Source: Bacteroidota bacterium
GTDB taxonomy: Bacteria > Bacteroidota > Bacteroidia > Chitinophagales > JADIYW01
Assembly: GCA_020436175.1 (NCBI GenBank)
Contig: JAGQYH010000002.1
Span: forward strand, 1 to 44,297
Length of the DNA: 44,297 bases
Reading direction: 5' to 3'
Part shown: in pieces, positions 30,105 to 36,671 of the stretch
How positions within the stretch are numbered: the stretch's first letter is position 1
How the letters are laid out: each line of letters starts with the position of its first letter
Program-made: the position numbers and the translations under genes
The notes under the pieces: model-generated
Told to the model about the DNA's origin: nothing
Seen by the model: the letters and a program-made list of their open reading frames with translations, nothing else
The model's database searches: none

Positions 30105-30627
30105 AGTTGTGTTATCATACTATTGGTGTAATATAATGTAATTTTGATGCATTTCAAAATTTAAGATTTAGTCTATAAAGAAAGTAGTTCTATCAAAGTG
30201 TCTATTCGAAGTGTGATTTTATGGCTGTTTGATACAAGTAAATTATAAAATGTTTGTTGTTTCAATCAAAAGCATTAAAATGTTTGAAATAGTAAACACT
30301 ATATGTATTGGATAATTAAAAGCAAATACAAATTCCTAAGCATTTGGAAATTCTCAAACAAGAGGAAATAATATAAAACAATTTACTTCTAAAAAGATAA
30401 GCTTTAAAAAAGCCGCACACCTATTCTTTCTAAATTATTAAACTGATGAATAGTAAGAAACGATTTGTTTTGATAGGGTTTAAGAATTAGTTATCATGTG
30501 AATGGCTATATCTTTAGAAAAGCAGAACAGTTTCAATTGTATTTACATTTTGTATCTTAATTTTCAAGAGGGTTCAGAATTTGTAGTGAAGCAAGTTCTT
30601 ATCCAAACCCATCATTAAATATTGAAA

Positions 30628-32520
30628 ATGAAAGTTTCTAAAACATACAGCATTAAAATTGCGCTACTGATATTTTTCCTATTAATAACCACTGTTTCTC
30701 GGGCAACATCAGTTTTTGAACTAGCACCCTTATCGGCCAATCAAAAGGTTATCGAAGAAGACCTTAAGGCCATCTTGCGCAAAGCTGCTTTACCTGAAAA
30801 TGCCATTACTTTTTCCTGGCAGGAAAATAATGAAAACTATGCCGAGATAACTTGTGAGAACAATACGATGCAGATTCAAATATATGCTTCTCCCGGTGAA
30901 TGGTCGGCCGTTTTTTATATGGCACTGCAAAAATTAGGCTTTCTTTTTCCGCATCCCCGTTGGCAAATTTCACCTTCATCATTAGATGCATCGCTTTGCG
31001 GTCAGGTCTATGAATGGAATCCCACTTTAAAGTACAGAGGCTTTCACTTTCATACCATGCATCCTAATGAATGGGTGCACGCCTTTATGACCAATCAACC
31101 GGAAATTGCTTATGAAAGTATTCGTTGGTTGGCACGTAATCAGCAAAACATTTTCGACTTTAGTATGCTTCGAAATGATCTGATCGATTGGTTCGACTAT
31201 TTACAACCGATTTATACTTATGCTCGAGAAATGGGCCTTCATACAGGAGTTGCCTTTGGGGTAGCACTTCAGCAGCAAAACAGTTGGAAACTGGTGTCTT
31301 TACTGGGCACTTTTTTCAATAATAAAAGTGAAAAAGAGATTGAGAAAAAGTTGGTTCCATTGTTGGAATTGCTACCATTAAGCTTTATCAATGTGGAAGC
31401 GGGGACAAGCGAATTTACTGCTGTAAATTATGAAAGATCGCTCAATTGGATGAACAAAGTAGCTGAAATTGCCGCAAGATATAATGTGGCCATGCTAACA
31501 AAAGTGCATGTGTCCAGTAATCAACAACACGAGGAATATGGGAACTACAATTTTCTGCCGCAGTATGCTGATTCGACAGTGGGCGTACTTCCACACACTG
31601 TATTTTATTATGCATTGGAAGATTCAGTAGCCCCGATGTATGGCAATAAGAATTTTCACGATATCAAAGATTTTATGTTGAAGATGCGAGGGCAACGCAT
31701 GAATTGGTATTATCCCGAAACAAGCTATTACATCAGTATGGATATCGATGTGCCGCTGTTGTTGCTGGAATATTTACGCGGCAGAGCGGAAGACATGCGA
31801 TTTTTATATGAGCATAACATCAATGGCCAATTAAATTTTACTACCGGACATGAGTTGGGCTATTGGTTGTTTGATTGGACACTGGCACTTTTGACCAATC
31901 TGGAGTATGATTTCGATCCAAAGATTGCCCTAAAATTGTTAGGCGAAGATCCAACCGTTTGGCAAGAGCATCTGGATTTTCAATATCAATATCTTACAGT
32001 TGAACAATTAATAGCCATTGTATCGTTTTCTAATGGAGGAGATGAATTGATGCCCAAGCATAAGATACATCAACGTAATTTAATGCGTGAGTTGTCCAAA
32101 TCGCCCGAGAAAACCAATGAGGAGATTCAAAAGTTGGAATCAGCCATCGATCATATTCCTTCAACAGAACAAATTAAAAATGAAGAACTCAGAACCATGC
32201 TGGACGTGACATATCTTAGGTTTCATCATGCATTAGCCACCAGAAAAGCATTGTTGGAAGAAAACAAGACATCTTTGAAAGATGCCGAGCAAATAAGGAA
32301 CGAAGGAATCGAAAAAATGAGCCTAATAGTGCAGCAATACAATCGCTATCCGGAGGCCAATATTTTTGACTATTATTCAAACGTAACCGCTTATAGTTAT
32401 GGTTATGGAGCTTTTGCCAAGGAACTATATTATTGGTATCGGGAGGAAGAAATGGTGCGAAGAAATAAATTCGGTGCCTTTTTTATGAAAGTATATGATT
32501 ATACCGATATCTTGTTTTAG
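30628..32520 (+). CDS. Secreted hypothetical protein (about 630 aa)
   Basis: ORF from TTG at 30622; ATG at 30628 (MKVSKTYSIKIALLIFFLLITTVSRA signal). No catalytic motif recognised with confidence. Confidence 0.55.
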   Translation: MKVSKTYSIKIALLIFFLLITTVSRATSVFELAPLSANQKVIEEDLKAILRKAALPENAITFSWQENNENYAEITCENNTMQIQIYASPGEWSAVFYMALQKLGFLFPHPRWQISPSSLDASLCGQVYEWNPTLKYRGFHFHTMHPNEWVHAFMTNQPEIAYESIRWLARNQQNIFDFSMLRNDLIDWFDYLQPIYTYAREMGLHTGVAFGVALQQQNSWKLVSLLGTFFNNKSEKEIEKKLVPLLELLPLSFINVEAGTSEFTAVNYERSLNWMNKVAEIAARYNVAMLTKVHVSSNQQHEEYGNYNFLPQYADSTVGVLPHTVFYYALEDSVAPMYGNKNFHDIKDFMLKMRGQRMNWYYPETSYYISMDIDVPLLLLEYLRGRAEDMRFLYEHNINGQLNFTTGHELGYWLFDWTLALLTNLEYDFDPKIALKLLGEDPTVWQEHLDFQYQYLTVEQLIAIVSFSNGGDELMPKHKIHQRNLMRELSKSPEKTNEEIQKLESAIDHIPSTEQIKNEELRTMLDVTYLRFHHALATRKALLEENKTSLKDAEQIRNEGIEKMSLIVQQYNRYPEANIFDYYSNVTAYSYGYGAFAKELYYWYREEEMVRRNKFGAFFMKVYDYTDILF

Positions 32521-32634
32521 TGGGTAAGTATGATTAGTCTTTACTGGGCTTGTAAAGAATCAAATCTTTTTTCCGAAGTTTTAACAAGCAATCATAAAAT
32601 ATGAGATGTAATTTTCAACTTTACAAGTATTCAA

Positions 32635-33453
32635 ATGAAATTCATTCTTTTAGCGATTAACTGGAACGTACATCCTGAAATTTTCCCGCACAATGATTCC
32701 ATTGAATTGAGATGGTATGGTTTCTTTTTCTTTCTACTCTTGATATTTGGATACTTCTATATTAGAAGGTGCTTAAAAAAAGACAATAAGCCTTTATTTA
32801 TGGCTGATGAGATCTTTATTTGTCTTGCACTGTCGTTATTTATTGGGGCCAGATTAGCTTATGTATTCATCGACAAATGGGAGTATTTTCAATCACATTT
32901 AATTGAAATTCCAATGTTTTGGAAAGGCGGTTTAACCGGCCACGGCGCTTATTTGTTTGTTGTATTGACGGCCGTAATTTATACGCACTTCAGGAAGGGA
33001 ATTTCGTTTGGTTGGTTAGCAGATCGTTTAGTGGTGCCCGTTTGCTTAGCAGGTTTTTTAATTAGATTAGGCAATTTTTTTAATCATGAAATTGTAGGCA
33101 TTCCAAACTCCGGCTTAATAGGTGTGAACTTTAAATATTATACAGCAGATCCCGTCACTATAACAAGACTTCCCATACAGCTAATCGAAGGCATGGGTTA
33201 CTTGGTAATATTGGTTATTCTGTTGTTTACTATTCCTTCTAAGTACAAACAAAAAGAAGGGATGTTAATGGGATATGCCTTGATTTTCATCTTTTGTTGG
33301 CGATTGATGGTCGATTCGTTTAAGGAAGGTATAGTTTATCAATCTTTTATTGGTATTCAATTGCCCATGAGCTATTGGCTTAGCTTTCCTTTTATAATGA
33401 TTGGGATATTGATGGTGGCAACTAGATCAGGTCGTAAGCCACAAATTAAGTGA
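32635..33453 (+). CDS. lgt: Prolipoprotein diacylglyceryl transferase
   Basis: Polytopic, 272 aa. IELRWYGFFFFLLLIFGY and IRLGNFFNHEIVG resemble the conserved Lgt motifs. Confidence 0.8.
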   Translation: MKFILLAINWNVHPEIFPHNDSIELRWYGFFFFLLLIFGYFYIRRCLKKDNKPLFMADEIFICLALSLFIGARLAYVFIDKWEYFQSHLIEIPMFWKGGLTGHGAYLFVVLTAVIYTHFRKGISFGWLADRLVVPVCLAGFLIRLGNFFNHEIVGIPNSGLIGVNFKYYTADPVTITRLPIQLIEGMGYLVILVILLFTIPSKYKQKEGMLMGYALIFIFCWRLMVDSFKEGIVYQSFIGIQLPMSYWLSFPFIMIGILMVATRSGRKPQIK

Positions 33454-33654
33454 CTGGAGAAACGGTACTTTATGATATAAAAAGCCTTTTGTTGGGGTAT
33501 GATCTTGACCCAATCATCATTGCTTTTATTTCCAAAAGAGAGCATTTTGAAATGGGCTCTTTAATAGTCAAATGCTTTAAAGAGGAACAAGTAATAGGCT
33601 GTTAGGGCATTTCAGTAACATTATATATATTTGCTTATCAACTGATAACTGAAT

Positions 33655-34944
33655 ATGAAACAAATGGATGCGAGAAACATAATAAGTAAATTCATTGTAG
33701 TCACTATAGTGGTGGGAGCATGTTTTGCATTGTCGTGCAAAGAAGATACAGTTGGCGGCGATTGTCCAAGAGAAGACAATGGATCCGGTAGCGGCGTTCA
33801 AACATTTGTGGATTGCACGCCTGCTGTTTTAGGCAGCGATCCATCAGGTGCCGCAGGTGGAGTATTTAATACTACTGCCTTTCTTGACATGATTGAAGAT
33901 TCTTTAGATGGAGTTTTGGGTTATCAAATAGCTGTTGGATGGAATGGAAGTATTGTTGGAACGCGATCATTCGGTACGGCGAGAAGCACGGAAGATTGCA
34001 TTCTTGATTTTAACCAATGTAATAGAATGAATGGTGCCAGTATTGCTAAGAATCTGACAGCAGCAGCTACCTTAAAACTATTGGAGGCGAATAATTTAAC
34101 TGTTGATTCTTTAGTGGCTCCGCATCTTCCTGCCTCTTGGGATCCAACTACTTACGCCAAAGCTTTAAGTTTCAGACATTTTCTAGCGCATAGAAGTGCT
34201 CTCCCAAGTGCTAACAATAATTTTGGTACGACATTGAGTTATTCCGGGTTACAAACCTTTGTTCAATCAACGGAATTAGATGAAGAGATCAATGACCCTG
34301 CAGACCCGGATCAGAATACATATGTTTATAAGAACGCCAATTTTGCCTTGATGAGAATTGTGATACCTCAGTTATGGAAAAACTTACCGGATGCTCCTCA
34401 GGAATTAAAAGATGCAGTTGAAATTACGGATGAGTTGTCTAAAAAATACTATGAGCAATACATTAAAACCAAGTTGCTTGCCCCAAGCGGTGTTAATGAA
34501 GCTACTTTGAACATGGATGGAAATGATGAAGCCACTTTGTATTATGACTTTGCTGCCTCAGAAGCCGGTACTGGATATACCTTCGATTGGAGAGGGATTG
34601 CCGGTGGTGGCGGATGGTGGATCTCTGCTCGTGATCTTGTAAAATACATGCAAGGCATACAAAATAATGATGCTATTCTTTCTCCGGCCAACAGAACGCT
34701 TATGTACGGCCATCCCACATTAGGTTGGAGATTTGGTTTCAATAGGTCAATTGACACTTCACGGGGTACCGGACAAGGGCACGGCGGAAGTATTGGTAGC
34801 TATTTAAGTGGTGTGTTGTTTCATATGCCGGAGAATATTTCTATATGCATCATGGCCAATAGTGATCATCCTACTCAACCCAATTATGGAAACAATATGC
34901 TGCAATCCTGGATTGGTAATTGTTACGATGCAGCTTGGGAGTAA
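33655..34944 (+). CDS. Beta-lactamase-fold serine hydrolase lipoprotein
   Basis: Lipobox ALSC. Candidate SxxK nucleophile motif in NGASIAKNLTAAATLKLLE. 429 aa. Confidence 0.6.
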   Translation: MKQMDARNIISKFIVVTIVVGACFALSCKEDTVGGDCPREDNGSGSGVQTFVDCTPAVLGSDPSGAAGGVFNTTAFLDMIEDSLDGVLGYQIAVGWNGSIVGTRSFGTARSTEDCILDFNQCNRMNGASIAKNLTAAATLKLLEANNLTVDSLVAPHLPASWDPTTYAKALSFRHFLAHRSALPSANNNFGTTLSYSGLQTFVQSTELDEEINDPADPDQNTYVYKNANFALMRIVIPQLWKNLPDAPQELKDAVEITDELSKKYYEQYIKTKLLAPSGVNEATLNMDGNDEATLYYDFAASEAGTGYTFDWRGIAGGGGWWISARDLVKYMQGIQNNDAILSPANRTLMYGHPTLGWRFGFNRSIDTSRGTGQGHGGSIGSYLSGVLFHMPENISICIMANSDHPTQPNYGNNMLQSWIGNCYDAAWE

Positions 34945-35249
34945 ATAGGAATTTAAGATGTTATAATATAGGTGATACCTTTCCCAATGGTAGCATTTAC
35001 ATCTTTTGAAATTCATGGAAATGGCCGCTTCGAAACCGGAATAATTTAATCATTTTGGAACAGAAATTGTATATGTTTTACTAGTATTGGCTACAACAAG
35101 TATTTTGTTACTATATTTGTCCGCATAAATGAGAACATATTCTTACATATTAAATAGTTGCGACCATCGACCTCAGTTTTGGAACGAAGAAGACTGTAGA
35201 AGGACCTGGTATTTAATATGTTGATTGATATATAATTTGTATAGCTATT

Positions 35250-35287
35250 AAAGCCTGGTTCCGGATAAAAGAATCAGGCTTTTTTTA
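35250..35287 (+). terminator. Intrinsic terminator about 300 nt downstream of the serine hydrolase gene
   Basis: AGCCTGGTTC-cggataaaa-GAATCAGGCT 10-bp stem (one G:U pair) followed by T7. Confidence 0.65.
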
Positions 35288-35760
35288 TGCCCATATAGAA
35301 GCAGATAAGCTAGAAGAGTAGAAGAGTGTTGGCTTTAAGATCTAAAACAAAACCTTGATACCTCAACTTGTCACATTTTTGAAAAAAATTAAAAAAAATA
35401 TTGAAGTAAAATAAGACCATATAAAAATTGGGGAATGATCATTAAACAAATGAGAGACAGGCATTTATAACAATTCCGGTTTCTGTTTATTAAACAGCAG
35501 GGATTGTCATGTCTTTGAAACAACATAACTAATTGAAAATCAATGTAAAATAAATTATTAAAAGTTGTAATTGTAAAACATTTGACTTTACTTTGCAGTT
35601 GTAATTGAAACAACAATAAACAACAAGAAATGAATTTTAATCAGACAATATATAACCATCGATTCCCCAGTGAGCATCAAGGTGCTGATTGTGGTATTGA
35701 GGATTTTAGAATAAGGAAGAGGTGTATTTAATGGATATTTTCCAAGAGATAATCAATTAA

Positions 35761-35790
35761 AGCACCATCCGAAAGATGGTGTTTTTTTTT
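35761..35790 (+). terminator. Intrinsic terminator immediately upstream of the tRNA array
   Basis: CACCATC-cgaaa-GATGGTG stem followed by T9. Confidence 0.65.
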
Positions 35791-35819
35791 GCTCATTACA
35801 CTTCAGGATAGGATCATTT

Positions 35820-35909
35820 TGAGGTATGGTGTAACGGTAGCACAATGGGTTTTGAGCCCATGGGTTTAGGCCTGCCTGCGATAGGTAGGTTCGAATCCTG
35901 ATACCTTAA
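35820..35909 (+). tRNA. tRNA-Gln(TTG) carrying a 19-nt hairpin between the T-stem 5' strand and the T-loop
   Basis: Acceptor TGAGGTA/TACCTTA (U1:A72, as I recall for bacterial tRNA-Gln). D arm GTGT-AACGGTA-GCAC. Anticodon arm ATGGG-TTTTGAG-CCCAT. Variable loop GGGT. T stem TTAGG/CCTGA, with the insert at 35871-35889 before TTCGAAT. 71 nt without the insert. Confidence 0.7.
35871..35889 (+). repeat. 19-nt hairpin insert, copy 1 (CCTGCCT-GCGAT-AGGTAGG)
   Basis: 7-bp stem (one G:U pair) and a 5-nt loop. Located exactly between T-stem position 53 and T54 of tRNA-Gln. Confidence 0.75.
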
Positions 35910-35924
35910 CTGAATTTTAAATTT

Positions 35925-35997
35925 CTGGAGAGATAACGGTTGGTTGTTTACTCACCTTGATGATCAATAGGTCGTTCTTCGAATCCTGCTCTTCAGA
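35925..35997 (+). pseudogene. Degenerate tRNA-like element (3' half resembles tRNA-Lys), with no foldable anticodon loop
   Basis: 73 nt. Acceptor CTGGAGA/TCTTCAG pairs, and the T-loop TTCGAAT with 3' T-stem CCTGC are present. The 5' T-stem strand (CGTTC) is not complementary. The anticodon region collapses to TTGAT-G-ATCAA. Confidence 0.35.
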
Positions 35998-36009
35998 CGA
36001 AATGATTAC

Positions 36010-36081
36010 GGCTCATTGGGGTAAAGGCCATCCTACCCGACTGTCTCTCGGGAGATACGAGTTCGAGTCTCGTATGAGCCG
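36010..36081 (+). tRNA. tRNA-Asp(GTC), with pyrimidine at position 37
   Basis: Acceptor GGCTCAT/ATGAGCC, discriminator G. Anticodon arm CCCGA-CTGTCTC-TCGGG. T arm ACGAG-TTCGAGT-CTCGT. Confidence 0.7.
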
Positions 36082-36087
36082 CTGAAT

Positions 36088-36160
36088 GGTGTTTTTAGTT
36101 TATTAGGTAAAACGGCTCTCTGTGAAGGAGTAGAACAGGGTTCGATCCCCGAAAACACCC
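36088..36160 (+). tRNA. tRNA-His(GTG), with imperfect T stem
   Basis: GGTGTTT(T)/(A)AAACACC acceptor, compatible with a G-1:C73 His-type 8-bp stem. D arm GTTT/AAAC. Anticodon arm GCTCT-CTGTGAA-GGAGT. T stem CAGGG/CCCGA pairs only at 3 positions. Confidence 0.6.
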
Positions 36161-36172
36161 GAAAATGGAAAA

Positions 36173-36264
36173 GACAAGATGGCTGAATGGTTGAGGCAAC
36201 GGACTGCAAATCCGTATCATGTGGGCCTGCCTGCGGTAGGCAGGTTCGAATCTCACTCTTGTCT
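36173..36264 (+). tRNA. tRNA-Cys(GCA) carrying the same 19-nt hairpin between the T-stem 5' strand and the T-loop
   Basis: Acceptor GACAAGA/TCTTGTC. Discriminator T (U73 is the Cys identity base). Anticodon arm ACGGA-CTGCAAA-TCCGT. Variable loop ATCAT. T stem GTGGG/CTCAC, with the insert at 36226-36244 before TTCGAAT. Exactly 73 nt without the insert. Confidence 0.7.
36226..36244 (+). repeat. 19-nt hairpin insert, copy 2 (CCTGCCT-GCGGT-AGGCAGG)
   Basis: Perfect 7-bp stem and 5-nt loop. 17/19 identical to copy 1. Same structural position (53/54). Confidence 0.75.
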
Positions 36265-36277
36265 CTATGAAAGAAAT

Positions 36278-36354
36278 ACTCTGTTCGTCTAATGGTTTGA
36301 GGACGTCTGCCTTTCTAGCAGAAAAAAAGGGTTCGATTCCCTTACAGAGTACCA
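36278..36354 (+). tRNA. tRNA-Glu(TTC) with encoded CCA, pyrimidine at position 37
   Basis: Acceptor ACTCTGT/ACAGAGT, discriminator A, then CCA. D arm GTCT/GGAC. Anticodon arm TCTGC-CTTTCTA-GCAGA. T arm AAGGG-TTCGATT-CCCTT. Confidence 0.8.
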
Positions 36355-36356
36355 AA

Positions 36357-36409
36357 GGAGGTGTAATCAAATGATCGGTGTAGGCGTCATGTCTTAGCCT
36401 CCAATTTTT
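36357..36409 (+). other. Structured spacer: two-tier hairpin followed by AATTTTT (terminator-like or processing element) in the middle of the array
   Basis: Outer stem GGAGGT/GCCTCC (36357-62 / 36397-402). Inner stem ATGAT/GTCAT (36371-75 / 36386-90). Then a T5 run at 36405-09. No T-loop motif, so not a cloverleaf. Confidence 0.4.
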
Positions 36410-36482
36410 GGAACTGTGGTGTACTGGGTGTGCACATCCCCTTGAAGACGGGAAAGTATCTGTTCAACTCAGGTCGGTTCCA
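36410..36482 (+). tRNA. tRNA-Phe(GAA)
   Basis: Acceptor GGAACTG/CGGTTCC. D arm GTGT/GCAC. Anticodon arm TCCCC-TTGAAGA-CGGGA (C31:C39 mismatch). T arm ATCTG-TTCAACT-CAGGT. Discriminator A. 73 nt. Confidence 0.8.
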
Positions 36483-36499
36483 CAAATATTACGCTAACA

Positions 36500-36574
36500 T
36501 CCAAGGTAGCTCAGAGGCAGAGCAGGCGGCTGTTAACCGCCGGGTCGGGATTTCGAAATTCCCCCTTGGAGCCA
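36500..36574 (+). tRNA. tRNA-Asn(GTT) with encoded CCA, U53:U61 in place of the conserved G53:C61
   Basis: Acceptor TCCAAGG/CCTTGGA. D arm GCTC-AGAGGCA-GAGC. Anticodon arm GGCGG-CTGTTAA-CCGCC. T arm GGGAT-TTCGAAA-TTCCC. Discriminator G, then CCA. Confidence 0.75.
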
Positions 36575-36647
36575 TGTGATATAGCTTAACGGTGAAAGCA
36601 TTTGCCTTATACGCAAATAGATGAAGGTTCAAGTCCTTCTATCACAA
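36575..36647 (+). tRNA. tRNA-Ile(TAT)
   Basis: Fully canonical 73-nt cloverleaf. Acceptor TGTGATA/TATCACA. D arm GCTT-AACGGTGA-AAGC. Anticodon arm TTTGC-CTTATAC-GCAAA. T arm GAAGG-TTCAAGT-CCTTC. Starts on the base immediately after the CCA of tRNA-Asn. Confidence 0.85.
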
Positions 36648-36671
36648 CAATGAGAATTAAAAGTGTGCAAT

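Noticed and set aside
35190-35235. Weak resemblance of GTAGAAGGACCTGG (reverse complement CCAGGTCC...) to the SRP RNA domain IV motif.
   Set aside because: Only about 7 nt match. The conserved GGAAGGAAGCAG segment and a flanking helix are absent.
35389-35616. 75-aa minus-strand ORF in the AT-rich gap upstream of the tRNA array. Similar ORFs occur at 33577-33801, 34804-35016 and 40630-40914.
   Set aside because: These are low-complexity Leu/Phe/Ile/Cys-rich translations of AT-rich or antisense DNA. They have no start context and overlap better-supported features.
35820-35909. Alternative fold of tRNA-Gln as a class II tRNA with a 23-nt variable arm and T stem (G)TAGG/CCTG(A).
   Set aside because: The putative variable region has no convincing stem. 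Gln tRNAs are class I. The same 19-mer in tRNA-Cys cannot be absorbed this way, because GCAGG does not pair with CTCAC. The insertion model explains both genes, though only a covariance-model comparison can settle it.
36095-36370. 91-aa minus-strand ORF across the tRNA array.
   Set aside because: It is antisense to four hand-folded tRNA genes. The strings GIEPFF and RFEPAYRRQA are simply reverse-translated T-loops and the 19-nt hairpin.
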